Source: Octopus vulgaris
Taxonomy: Eukaryota
Assembly (NCBI GenBank): GCA_951406725.2
Contig: OX597814.1
Coordinates: 149,358,001-149,422,000, forward strand
Length of the DNA stretch: 64,000 nt
Direction of reading: 5' to 3'
The translations under genes and the position numbers were made by a program. Under the pieces are notes generated by a model, which saw only the letters and a list, made by a program, of their open reading frames with translations, did no database searches and was not told the origin of the DNA. Numbering within the stretch: the first letter of the stretch is position 1; the number at the start of each line of letters is the position of its first letter. This document shows, in pieces, positions 1 to 13,948 of this stretch.

Positions 1-360
1 CAAAACCAAGCTCAGTGTCTGTGAATCATGAGCGTTAACTGCTCTTTTAAACCCTTCTTAGACATGGAGAACATATTGTCGTCGCATCAATGCTTTGGAA
101 AGATTGCCTCAAACTTTCTTAAACATCAAATGGCAGTTACTAATATCAGACATCGTTATTTCCCCGCAAGCCGACACCCTCATAGTGTATATGCTCCGCT
201 TACGCAGTCATATGACTGGTTATATAATCAGTTGTTTCATGGGGAGTTAAACGTGTTAAAAGTCCGAGACATAAACCTGAGAAATGTTTAAGGTATGTCG
301 TCAAAAGCAAACTTATCATGATCTTATTGGAAAGAGGTAGCAAACTCAGCTATTGCTTAC
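1..360 (+). mobile_element. Degraded RTE-type LINE 3' ORF remnant
   Basis: Translation NQLFHGELNVLK...KSKL..W resembles the RTE C-terminal 'KQLLYGEL..GKR...W' segment; stops and frameshifts present. Confidence 0.5.
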
Positions 361-1044
361 CAATTGTGATGTATAATATAATTTTAGATAATCAAGTATG
401 TGACAATTATAACGAAATAATGCCCTTCAACCATAATGTGATCCTTGTACCTTCTCTAGTTTCTCTAATTTCGTGAATTTCCCATAAAAGTAAATTTTTT
501 GTGTCACGGGTCACTAGGAAAAAGAGATACGATTTTATTTATTTATTTATAATTCATACAAGATTGAGTTTAAAATATTGTCGTTCCTTAGTAAGTTTTC
601 CAATAAAACATGGTTTTCTGCATTTTCAAGGCTATTTGTGACACATGATTTTCTGTGTTACTCAAACGCAACGCGTAAAACGCAAGTTACTATTTTATTT
701 AAAGTAGTCTTTTTATGATTAGATTCACCAATGTTCATCTATACACTACTGATTATAAATATTGGCGAAAAACTTACAAACCATTTCAATTCATTTACTG
801 TAAATTGTTTATGATCTTTATACTGTGACTATGCTACAATACTGCGTCCAAAGGTTTAGACTATTATATGGTATCTACTACTTTCTCTGAATTTATTTCA
901 GTTCTTATATTAAGTCACAATTGCCATCAGCGGAAATAACAAAAATCATTCGCATATGAATACTACAGTAGAAGCTAATAGAATGGTAACCATATGCGCG
1001 GAAGCATTTGTCTGATAACTTTTACACCAAGCTGTTATAAGTAC

Positions 1045-1120
1045 AGAGAGAGAGACAAACAGATAAACAGACAGAGAGAGAAAGAGAGAGACAGAGACAG
1101 AGACAGAGACAGACAGTAAA

Positions 1121-1163
<43 letters not shown>
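1045..1163. repeat. (GA)n/(GAGACA)n microsatellite
   Basis: Seen directly. Confidence 0.95.
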
Positions 1164-1166
<3 letters not shown>

Positions 1167-2053
1167 TACACAAACATGTTCATGCACTTCTATACATAAG
1201 TTTGTATTTATATAGAGAGGAAAGCAAGCTAGGTAGTAAAAAATTTCATAATTTGACCGATCGATTGAACCTTCAACATCCGTTCGTACTGAGATGCATA
1301 TGTGTGAGTGTGTGTGTGTATGTCTGTGTAAACATATATTACATGTGGCTGTACGCATATATATATACACACACATGCATGCATTATATAGACTCAGGAT
1401 GAGCTTCAGTTCAGTTTCCAGCTGAAGCTCAGTTTATTAATTTATCACACTTATCTTCTTTGACAAGCTGTCTCACAGCGTATGTGAACCCAGGAATCTT
1501 TGTGAAGCAGTACATTTACATTTCTCAATCAAGATTGGCCAGAGCAGCAACTTTAGGACGGCAATTTCTTTCAAAATTATAGGTTCAAATCCTGCTGGCT
1601 TTCATCGTTTTGTACTGTGGCGAATTCATTTGGCTCTAATCCTCCATATTATAAGAAGTCTTTCTGCATCATAAAGTGAAATTAATATTTACTGTTTCAT
1701 AAATCGTTGCGTATTTTGAGAAATTATACAGCGGATGAAATCTATACGTGCAGATTACTGATTGTGAAAAATTGAAAACTATGTTGACATGGGCAAGAAT
1801 TGAACTCAGTATAGATAAACAGACTGAAATATTCGAAGGAGTATAGACTGATGTTCATTCTTTCTTTATCACCTCATTAATTTTTCAAACAAATTTATTT
1901 GTATTTTTCAAGTGATATGATTACAATCTACCAGGTGCAATTTATTTTAAGGTGGGTTAAGCCTAGTTGATTTCAGGAAGCTGATCATTAACGAATCTTC
2001 ATTCACTGATTAAAGCTCTCTTTGTAATCCTTGTGAAAATCTTCAATCTGCAG

Positions 2054-2090
2054 GTGTTAAAGTGTCGAGACAAAAAAACATATGAAGAAG
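2054..2090 (+). other. Candidate 37-nt spliced exon
   Basis: ctgcag|GTGTTAAAG...GAAGAAG|gtaagt; open as VLKCRDKKTYEE. Confidence 0.3.
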
Positions 2091-2335
2091 GTAAGTGTAG
2101 GATGAATAACAAAGATGTAAGAGAAAGAAAAAAATATAGAAACAAATAGATAAAATAATATATTGACACTGAGAGATAACCGATAGAATAGAGGATTAAC
2201 ATTCGTTATGCAATACGATAAATAACAACTTTATGTCAAAAATCTCATTATTGATATCTTTATCATGCCAAATCTTATAGAAGTGGTAACCAGAAATTCT
2301 ATCGGTAATGATTCCCGGAAGTGGGGTTTGATGCA

Positions 2336-2441
<106 letters not shown>

Positions 2442-3549
2442 CACATATTACGGGATATAACTTCAGATTAGAGTCTTAGCAGTATCTCGAACCTAGATCA
2501 TAGATGTTCTTGTAACGCTTCATTGTTGTCGTCATTTTTGCCATAAAAATATTGAACAAGCAGTGTAGAGATAAGTTGTTACCGTCAATTTCATAACCCA
2601 GTTTTCATTATTGGTATAAAATATCTCACTTCAATTGTATTTGATAAAAGCAAAAACATCACAGAATCACATTCTCCTCTGTTATGAAATTTAGCGTAAA
2701 TCAAGAAATAATTGTTGTGAAATTCTGCAAAACGACTCGTAAATTTGATAGAGTCGAACCTGTTTCTCGCTTTTATCTTTCCACAGGACACATTTTGTTA
2801 ATGTGATAGGGAAAGGTACAAATATAATAAATACCCGTTTTTCAATAAAGAATTGCGATGTCCATGATTATATGTCGCACAATTATTATCATTAACCACT
2901 ACAGTAAAAACATCCCAGAAATCCGAATGGAAAATTACGATTTCATCTTTCTATGCAAAGCAATTATTCACAGGCTGTGAAGGTTGGTAAAACCATAAAG
3001 TCTGATTTTAAATTACGATATGTGGGGGTTTCCTTTCATCACCCTATCAGCTGGCAAAATATTACAAAAGTATCAGAAATACCATCCCATTGTGCTCTAG
3101 GATAATCGCTTCTAGTATTTATATGCTCCACAATACGGGATGTAGGTATACAATTTATTTACAATATCGAACACACCTAACTTGTGCATGCGTGTTCGAT
3201 ATTGTTAATATCCCTCGGGCTACTTCTCATTCATATTTGTATAATTCCTTTAATATCTTCATAAATATCTGATATAAACATTTAAAAATTTTACAAACAA
3301 TTAAAAGCAGTATTGCCTTTGGCTATATTTCATTCCATTTATCCACAGGAGTATGGATTTAGCAATCTATACCTTCGTTTATAGAACTGAAGTTAGTTGA
3401 ATATAAAGAAATTTCCAGATGGCCTGTGCACACTCTATGGTTAAAGCTTTACTTTTAGTGGCGGCAAAAATTGAAATAAAAATACACGCAATGAGAAAAT
3501 ACAAATCTGTCTAAGCAGTGATAACACTAATTACAATCCAATCGTAGTA

Positions 3550-3717
3550 CTGGCTGTGTGGTAAGTAGCTTGCTTACCAACCACATGGTTCCGGGTTCAA
3601 TCCCACTGCGTGGCACCTTGGGCAAGGGTCTTCTACTGTAGTCTCGGGACGACCAAAGCCTTGTGAGTGGATTTGGTAGATGGAAACTGAAAGAAGCCCG
3701 TCGTATATATGTATATA

Positions 3718-3777
<60 letters not shown>

Positions 3778-3991
3778 CGTGTGTGTGTATGTGTGTCTGT
3801 GTTTGTCCCCGTAACATCGCTTGACAACAGATGCTGGTGTGTTTACGTCCCCGTAACTTAGCGGTTCGGCAAAAGAGCCCGATACAGTAAGTACTAGGCT
3901 TACAAAGAATAAGTCCTGGGATCGATTTGCTCGATGAAAGGTGGTGCTCCAGCATGGCCATAGTCAAATGACTGAAAAAAGTAAAAAAGAG
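3550..3991 (+). mobile_element. tRNA-derived SINE (family A) with internal (TA)n(TG)n
   Basis: A box TGGCTGTGTGG and B box GGTTCAATCC; homologous over its length to 56939-56974 plus 58937-59372. Confidence 0.85.
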
Positions 3992-6054
3992 AACCTAGTT
4001 GTGAAAATTGGTAAATAAGTTGCAGTCAAAATAAAGCAGTTAATATGTACTTTTTATATGATCAAGTTTGGCGAAATAAAATATAAATTTATTTCATTAA
4101 ATTCTCTACATATATTTACACGCCCGTCTTTCATAATAATGTTTAACTGTGCTAGTAGTTCGGCTTAAAAAGTCTCTCAGTAATCATAGATAAAAAAAAA
4201 TAAGTTTCAGTATTTCAATATTTCTTATCAGATAAGTTAACTCCCCAAACCTCAGATATGTAACATTTACGATAGACTTTATGAAAATAAATACTATACC
4301 ATGTTTAAGCATTGACAACTCCTCAGATTAAAAGATAAGCTCCTGGCGATTATTTTCGGGGTAAAGATTTGATTTAATCCTTGTTCACTACCAAATAGAA
4401 GGGAAAAGTAAAACCTCTTAAGTTCTACATGTTTACAACCTTCCTTTGGTATGAAATGAAACACGACATAACACAAATTCGTCAGCCGGTTTTATGTCTT
4501 GGTTTAAGCTAAATCACTTCAGATACATCAGTAATAGTGTTTAAAAGTACACTATCCCAACCTATACACGACAGTTTTGTTACCTAATCCGTATTAGATA
4601 AAGTGAAGCATAACATTAATGCAATGTCAATATGAATTTGGACATGGCAGACAATTGTGCATATTTCAAATCACCTGACGGTAATACGTAGGCGGTTTTA
4701 TGTAAATATTTCCAATGATTGACTTTCCTTCTCTCCTAGGCGAGAATGAAGTGATTAATCTCTCATCCACACATAATCCTTCGTTATAAACCCCTTGTGG
4801 TTTTCTAATAATATTTGCATATATTATAGTCTGCATAGATTACTTTTGTCAAATAGATAAATCAATATCAAAGACTCGTGATGAGCGAGAGGCAAACGTT
4901 TATACTTCTCAGTAATTTTCAAACGCTCACTCAATGGAAAACATTCTATTTCATACAATATACTATAATCTAACCAGATCAAAATACGAAAACTGTACTT
5001 TGACATCACTCCACTTTTTATTTACAAGACAATGGAATAGAAAAGCTATGTTTTTTTTTATGTTTGCATAAAACTAACATTCTTATTTAACCCGAGATTC
5101 TAATAAAATAAATCTGTTGATTATGATTTTTCTTCTTTATTTCTGTGGCATAAAAGTGTAGTAGACTGGTAGAATCGTTAGAATGTCCGATGAAATTCCC
5201 CTGTAGCATTTGTTCCGACTTTCTATTCTGAATTTTAATTCCGCCAACGAAAGTTTAAGCCATTTATCCTTTCGGTGTGGATAGAATAAATCAACCTTTT
5301 TAATGATGGTTACTGTTTTTCTCCTGAAAATAATCTTCTTCATATCTTGTGGAGAGGACCAGTCAATTATATCGGCCCCTACGCTCAACAGGTACTTATT
5401 TTATCGACCCTCAACGGAATGAAAAGCAAAGCCTAACTCAGTCTAATTTCAAATTAGAACGTAAATCCGAAAGAAATGCCACTTGACTTCGCCTTTCATC
5501 GTCACCGTAACCGTAGTGTAAATAGCAGCTAAGCTGTAGGGTCTATGCCTTCAACTACACCGCTTCCCGAACTTGCTGGCCTTGTGCCAAAATTTGAAAC
5601 TAATATCAAAATTCACTTTCTACAGTAAAAAGATAGGTAAAATCGGAGCTCTGTTATGGATTACTGTATCATGATTCATTTATTTTCTTTCTTTCAAATT
5701 TTTGGCAAATTAGTCTGGTTATTTTGTATAGTTATTAAAAATGTATTCAAAGAAAAATAGGTGCCGATTTAACTTAGGTTTCCTTGCATTTCAATTGAAA
5801 AAAGGAGAAATTTCTAAATGTTTTCTTGTTTAGGCGATTATTAATTTCACCAAAGTCGACGAGACGAACCACTAAAATAGGTCTTGGCCTTTGTATGAAA
5901 CCGACTGAAATGGGAAAAGAATAATTAAAGACAAATTTTGTTTAAGGAAATCCTGAAAAAGAACTGTGTTTCAGGCGTTATTAATTTTAAGTCTTGCAAT
6001 ATTACCAGATCACCCCCAACTGCAACAACAAAGATCCCTTTTAGCAACACTCGC

Positions 6055-6104
6055 ATATTCATATCGCACACCTGAGAAATTTCTCAGGTGTGCGATATGA
6101 ATAT
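6055..6104. repeat. Perfect 50-bp palindrome
   Basis: ATATTCATATCGCACACCTGAGAAA|TTTCTCAGGTGTGCGATATGAATAT, no spacer. Confidence 0.95.
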
Positions 6105-8254
6105 ATATGGGGGATGTAAGAAAGGCTCTGTCCGACGAAAAACATTGACGACACTGTATCACAAGGATTCGATATTTTTAACGGAGAAATTTTATCTTAA
6201 ATGGTGAGAAAGTAAAGACGAATGGGAGGACTTTGTATTCTCCCTAAGCAAATTTTAAAGGGATCACACATTGACGTATATGCTGGATTCCTGTCCCTTT
6301 GAGCAAGGCAAAAATATTTATACAGAAATATTACTTTATGTAACGATTTAAAACTTTCTAAAGTTCCGTATATTTGAAAACTCACTGTCAGAGGAAATGG
6401 TATTTGTTTTCCTTACGTATTTCTATTCTATCGCAACAAGGAGAGAAGCTAGAGTTACAAATTCCACTTCCACTCATGATTTTATAATCTTTTTTATTAT
6501 CTTGCAGCCGTGCCCCGAAAGCGTGAGACTAACTGGCGAACGGGCCGTACTAACGCACTGTGCGTTTTTATTCTCTCCGTTGTGCTCCTTATCCCGACCG
6601 TCACATATTTATGCGTTATTTATGGATGCAAATATTTTATTTTATATACCTATTTCAGGAGGCGGGTGAGAAGTTAAAAAATGCTGAGAAGAAAGTAATC
6701 AATGATAAGCCTGAGAGGGAAAGAATTTTTAATCCATAATCGCTATTTCGACAAAACATATATTGTCTGTATGTATTTACAATGTATATTTAGATCTGTG
6801 TGTATTTACATAGTATGTTTAGATGTGTGTGTGTGCGCGTGTGTGTGCCTGTTTGTGTGCGTGCCTCTGTGTATGTGTACGTGCACGCGTGTTTAATTTT
6901 TTCTCTCCTTCTTGCCATGCTTTATATTATGAATTAACTTTTCTTAAACGTTTGTTCTTTGGTTCTCGAAGAGCCATAGGCGAAACAGAATTGTATTTTG
7001 TCAGACTAACGATAATGGTTTAAATACATTTTTATTTTATCTATTTTGCATAATATATCTTCGTTGATAATCCTAATTTTTATCATGTCATTATATAACG
7101 TTTCTCATTCATACTTGTCTCTTCTTATAACTGTACATCCTTACACATTTTGTAAACTGTTTTAATAACATGACTAAATGAATGGATCCTTAAGGCAAAC
7201 AAAATGTAGTAATTATTGCAATTTTTATTATGATTCCTTCGTTTATGCATTTTTCAGTTTGCTTTCGTTATACAATTTCAAAGCTTCCATGTGATAACTT
7301 TGTTCAAAATACTTGTATATATATAAAAAAAATTATTCTAATTTTATTTCTCTTCTTTTGTAAGACATAAAAAGACAAATACAGAGAATCAATTTATTAT
7401 CTTTCATACATGCTCATACTGTACCAAACGCTTTCCCATTCCATATCATTGTTTTCTTTATCAGTAAGATATTTCCCTCACCTGAAAACGCAACTTTATC
7501 TTTCACAGTTTTCACGCCTATCGTTCATTCTATTCCCATGTCTATCTCTCTGGCATTCTTCTTCCTTTAAAATGATTGTCATACGTAAAACGTGTTGTAT
7601 ATCTATCAAGTTTTTTTTTTTTTCCGTTAGATATAAAGAGTTATTATCACAAGCATACACACACACTCACTGAAACAAAATTTCACAATGCATCTTATTC
7701 GCTTTCTTTTTTCCTTTAGCTTCCACATCGATTTTCATCAAACTGTTTGTCTCCTTCCCAATCAATTAGTATTACACATGTGTCGCCCGCTTTAAAAATC
7801 CCTAATCATTTTCTATATCACCTTATTACGTTTCTGACGACATGGTACTCATAGCCATAGCCATAGCCATGCCTTTATTTTCTACCTGTTCTTCAAATGT
7901 GTCTTCCCTCATTTTGCTTCCCATCTCCCTCTATTGTCTATTTCACTTCATCTTTTTCCTTCTGTCTATCTCTCCATTTCTCTCCCTCTCTCCCTCTCTT
8001 TTTCTCCCTTTATACATATAACGGCATGCGTGTGTATGTGTGTGTGTGTTAATATGTGCGTGTTGGGATGTGTATTTTTGTCTATGTGTACGTGTGCCAT
8101 GTGCCCGTGTGCCTATCTTACAGAGTTTACTTCACTAGCACACATACAAACAACGACAACATATAGGTACACATAATTACGTTTCCGAATCATTATTCAA
8201 GTATATACCTGTAACTATATTCATTCTACTTAGTGCTTGTTTTATGTGCGCACA

Positions 8255-8303
8255 CCCACGCACACATATACATACACATACATAATATATATATATATTT
8301 ATA

Positions 8304-8391
<88 letters not shown>

Positions 8392-8454
8392 GGTGTATGT
8401 ATGTATATATGTATGTATCCACATATGTATGTATCTGCATATGTATGTAATTGT

Positions 8455-8520
<66 letters not shown>

Positions 8521-8550
8521 ATGTATGACTATGTATGTTTGTATTTGTGT
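8255..8550. repeat. Compound (TA)n/(TATG)n/(TG)n microsatellite
   Basis: Seen directly. Confidence 0.95.
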
Positions 8551-8562
8551 TTGAAGGTTCAA

Positions 8563-8668
8563 GTGAGTGCATTGCAGGTGTGTTTTAATCATGTACTTTT
8601 TGTTCAACGAATCAAAAGATAAACTTCCGGGCGAGAATCCACTTAAAACACACCTTCGCTGCATTCAC
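8563..8668. repeat. Imperfect 26-bp inverted repeat (mini-MITE or hairpin)
   Basis: gtgagtgcattgcaggtgtgttttaa ... ttaaaacacaccttcgctgcattcac. Confidence 0.7.
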
Positions 8669-8862
8669 TGCAGCACAAATACAAGTTCAATCAAAGCATA
8701 TAATGTAGCGTGGAAAACAAACCCGACACACTGAAACTTTTTTCCCTCTTTGTGCGTGTATGAATACGCACACACATTTATATGTATATCATCAACATTC
8801 TAAATTCTATGACATCAAAAATATGCCTATGTATGTGCGTCTGCATACAGAGAGATACAGTG

Positions 8863-8916
<54 letters not shown>

Positions 8917-8954
8917 AGACAGAGAGAGGCAGACAAACAGAGAGATTATTGAAC

Positions 8955-8976
8955 TTATTATTATTATTATTATTAA

Positions 8977-9048
<72 letters not shown>

Positions 9049-9075
9049 CATCATCATCATTATTATTATTATTTT
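8955..9075. repeat. (TTA)n microsatellite
   Basis: Seen directly. Confidence 0.95.
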
Positions 9076-10088
9076 ATGTAGTTCGCTGCTTAAGATATCA
9101 GCCGTTTGAAGCTATTTACAGAACAAATACATTTAAGTGCGGTGTAATTTCAGAAGACAGGGCCTCTCAAATTTGCTGTTCCTTTAGGTGACCTTGTAAC
9201 GTGCTAAAAGTGAGACTAAAATCTCGCGCAAATCATATGTTACTGTCTTCAAAAAACATGTAATTAATAATACGGTCCAGACCGAACTGTTCTAGGGAAG
9301 AAGATGAGATGAACTCGACTACAATGCTTTAGGTCATAGAACTGCTCGAACAAGTTTCGAATAAAAATAATACACGTTAATCACACAAAAATTTTGATAA
9401 TTTTTTTATTGGTTTCAGCCAGAGGCTTTAGCAATGTCATTAGTGTTGACGCTTGCATGTTTTTCGACTCATTTCCCAGTCCTGTCTACAGGATCGAATC
9501 CGGTGAAGTAGAGCTACTCTTCTTTTTATTATCTTTTTGCTGTGATGTGGTTTCATCAGGTATATCTGGTAAAAATCTGTCTAAATGATTTTTTTTAATC
9601 AGCAGGTAGATCATAGAAGCCTTTTGATAAGTTACGTGAGTATCTGTGTGTTTGACATTCACTGTATCGACCAGACTATCGCATACTATTATATCTATAT
9701 ACTAAAGCTCAATATCTGTGTGTCTGTACATCTATAGGACGGAAGAGAATAGAAAATACATTAAAATGGGGAATGTGTTCTCTTGTAAACTTTTACAAGA
9801 AAGACGATGAGCTATATAAAATTTACTTTCCATTGCGATTAGGGGGCTTAAAGGGGGCAAATACCATTTGTGAAATTTCAAGCACCTCTGATTTCAATGA
9901 AAATAACGACATAACGACTAGGTACTAAATAAGGACGATTTCCAAAATTTCACCATCTTACAATATTATTAAACCCCCCTAATGGGGTTTATAACATGGG
10001 ACAGAGCCCCTTCGAAAGTGCAAATACATCCACTGTTCATGAAAGATACATAAAATTTAAGTATGTGTTCTTGGAATTAATGTACTAC

Positions 10089-10353
10089 AAAATTTCAACA
10101 ATGCATATCTTATTAAAGACTTTGCGACGTAATTTTATGCATTACAAAAAGAATATTTCAATAAGCAAAACATATTTAGTTCACCATATCACCATCAGTC
10201 CGAACACCTGTCTCATCAGTTGAGCGTATACCAATAAAACGATCGACAGTGAGTAGCTCTGTGTCTAAAGAATATATAATTTTATAAAAAAAATTGTTTT
10301 TTTATCCATGTTTGACTTAATTTTGTCATGTTTCACCTACATGCTAGTAAAAA

Positions 10354-10438
<85 letters not shown>

Positions 10439-10602
10439 TATGTATATATATGTATATATATATATATATATGTATGTATATGTATATATATATATATGTA
10501 TATATGTGTATATATATATATGTATATATATGTATATATACATGTATGCATATATATGTGTATATATATATATATATATATAGGTATATATGTATATATG
10601 TA

Positions 10603-10633
<31 letters not shown>

Positions 10634-10656
10634 ATATGTATATATGTATATATGTA

Positions 10657-10737
<81 letters not shown>

Positions 10738-10981
10738 AGCTTTTTATAAAAAATATATATTCTTTAGATAAACGCAGAGCTACTCACGGTCGATCGTTGT
10801 ATTGGTATACGCTCAACTGATGAGACAGGTGTTCGAACTGACGGTCGGTGATATGGGAAACTAAGTATATTTTGCTTATTAAAATATTCCTTTTCTAATG
10901 CATAAAATTACGCTGAAAAATCTATAATGAGAATATTCAAATAGCTCCAATATTCAAATAGCTACGATATTGATGAAATTT
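10089..10981. repeat. ~200-bp inverted repeat (10089-10293 / 10741-10981) enclosing a compound microsatellite
   Basis: e.g. acacctgtctcatcagttgagcgtataccaata vs tattggtatacgctcaactgatgagacaggtgt. Confidence 0.9.
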
Positions 10982-11084
10982 AAATCATAAAACAATTCCG
11001 TCATTTTATCTGATCTTTTCCATATCTTTCACATCTCTGCTTGACCTGCTGAATGTTGAAAATATAGATTAATTCATCCTACTA

Positions 11085-13948
11085 CAACAGCTCTGAAAGA
11101 AAGAAGATTTGGACTACGTAAGCAATCTCAGCGTAAGAAAAGAGACTGACAATCAGTGGACCAAGAGACTGAGAGTAGATGCTGAAAAGCATGCAGCCTT
11201 ACGAGCCTCACAAAGCCAAGAACAATCAGAAAGAAGACGAAGATTAGATGCTCAACAGACTGCAGCAGAAAGACTGAAACACCAGAAGTAAGGGGAAGGA
11301 GAGTGAGAATGAATACTCGACGGACTGCAGCAACCAGGCAACTTCTAACTCAGGACGAGCCCAACGATAGGAGGATAACAGACAGATTAAGGCATCTAGA
11401 ATTTAGACTGCGTCCTTTTACTGCTTAAAACTGAAAAATGGCTGCATTCAATTATAATCCAAATTATGCATATAATTCACAAGGCATTGTTACTATAGTA
11501 TCTATATCATTACTATGTGATTACTGCGATGTCGAGAAGTGTTGTAGTAGTGGAATGATCCGATTATCACTTTTTGCTAATCTACCACAACCATTAAAAG
11601 ATCTCCAATTGGGCTCAATCCAGAACCAAAACATTTTTTGAAAATCATACAGCGTTACAATAATGCATTCATGATGATATCCTTTGGTGCAAATATAGTA
11701 AGCGAAAGAGGGTTTATACCCACATTCAAAATTCATGGTCAAATTCATTATAGAATTGGAAGATTGTTGCCATAACATCATGAGGATTCCCAATACTTAC
11801 AAATATATTTCATTGGCAGACAAAAAGATCAAACAGGAGATAGGTGCAACCTTAACCAAGGGGTAAGAATAATCGTAATCAGGAATCTACAAGAAACGCG
11901 ACAGGCAAACAATGCATACAAATGGAGTTTTAAAGCAGCCATCAGGAAAATTTCACCATCTAAAAGACCATCTAATGAGCATGTTAGGCGATTCAATTTG
12001 CCAGCATCTAACGACGTCGCACTTATTATGGCTGATGAAAGTTTTGGCAATAGAGCCATAATTATTCATTCAAGAGATAATACGCAGAAACGTGCATGTG
12101 AAACTCACAGACCTTAAGATAGCCTTCAATATCCCCTATTATTTGTATATGGAGAAGATGGATGTCACTTAGATATTCCACAGTTTGGAAATAATAATAG
12201 ATATGTTTCATGTATGTATTTTTATGCATACCATTTTATGATCAGAGACAATTCCTTCAATCATCTTCGCAGAAGTCAAAACCTCTTCTATCGATTTGCC
12301 GTTGATGTATTTGCAAAGGTTGAAGAGGAAATACTTTTATATAACAAAACTCATCAAAAGGAACGAAGCGTAGATTCCTATATACGTTTCAAAGATCCTA
12401 TAAATAACGATAGACAACGAAGAGACATAGGTCAGATATGCATTTTACTTTCCACTTTCACAGGTAGTCTATGATATATATGCATGAAAGCACCAAAGAT
12501 GCAATGACTTATGTTCGAAATTATGGAAAACCAGACCTTTTTATCACATTCACTTCAAATCCAAAGTGGAAGGGGATTCAAGATGAACTTATCCCTGGAC
12601 AAATATACATCAATCGACATGATCTAGTGGCCAGAGTTTTTCGTTTGAAGATAATCAAACTGATGAATTTAATAAACAAATCACATATCATTGGCCCATT
12701 AGGGTGCTACATGTACACAAATGAGTGGTAAAAGAGAGGCTTGCCTCGTGCGCATATACTATTGTGGCTTACCAGAAAAATCAACTCCAGTCAAATTGAA
12801 TCCATTAAATCAGCTGAGTTATCTGATATACATCCTTATTTGAAATAATAAAGAGTCACAGGCTGCACGGGCCGTGTGGTAATATCAATCGAAAATCACT
12901 TTGCATGGTTGATGGCCAATGTACAAAAAGATACCCTAAAATTTTCTACGGCAAACTCAGTTCAGTGAAGATAGTTATTCCTTTTATAGGAGATCTCCTG
13001 AAGATGGTGGCTTTGAGACTATGGTTGACAGACATGAATTTGTCAATAGGTGGACTGTATCTTACTCTCCCTTGCTTTCAAAGACATTCAATGCTCACAT
13101 AAATGTTGAATTTTGAATTTCTGGGAAATCTATTAAATATGTTTGCAAATACATAAAAAAGGGATCTAATTCAGCCATGTTTTCCTTAGAAGAAGAAAAT
13201 GTTAGAGATTAAGTTACTCAGTATGAACTTGGTAGATATATCGGTACTAATAAACCATTTTAGCGTATTTTGGGGTTTCCAATTCATGAAAGGCATCTGG
13301 CAATTCAACAGCCTGCAGTTTATATTGAAAATGGTCTGAGGGTTTATTTCACAAACGAAAATGCTGCCCACGTCGCTCTAAATCCAAAATACACAACCCT
13401 TACTACATTTTTCATATTGTGTGAATAATATAATTTTGCAAACTCTTATTTATAATCAAGTTCCAATCAAGTTCCATTTTATTACACATGGCATAGGAGA
13501 AAACAAGGATGAATCAGAATTAGTCAATTATCCAGTAGAATTTTTGAATTCCCTTGAGCCAACAAGTACCCTTCCTCATTGTCTTCGATTGAAAGTAGGT
13601 GATCTGGTCATGCTTCTACGCAACCTCTCACAACCAAAGTTATGCAATGGCACAAGACTCGTTGTCAAAAAATTAAGGAGCAATGTTATAGAGGCCACTA
13701 TAATTTCTGGTTGTGAATAAGGCGAAGATGTTTTTATCCCTCGAATTCCTTTAATACCTTCTAACATGCCCTTTGAGTTCAAACGACTTCAGTTTCTCAT
13801 ACGTTTGTCTTTTGCAATGTCTATCAATAAGTCACAAGATCAAGTTGCTGGTTTGCATTTAGAAGAGGATTGTTTTTCACATGGACAGCTGAGTGTCGGT
13901 GTTTCTAGAGTAGCGAGTAAGAAAAATACTTTTCACATTCGCCCCTAA
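11085..13948 (+). pseudogene. Helitron Rep/Pif1-helicase pseudogene
   Basis: Motifs YGKPDLFITFTSNP, RHDLVARVF, EW*KRGLPRAHIL (HUH), [42 protein letters not shown]; many stops and frameshifts. Confidence 0.93.

Noticed and set aside
10810-10855. CTGATGA-GACAGGTGTTC-GAAC in the Helitron inverted repeat
   Set aside because: No GAAA, poor stems II and III; the mirror copy is also non-canonical
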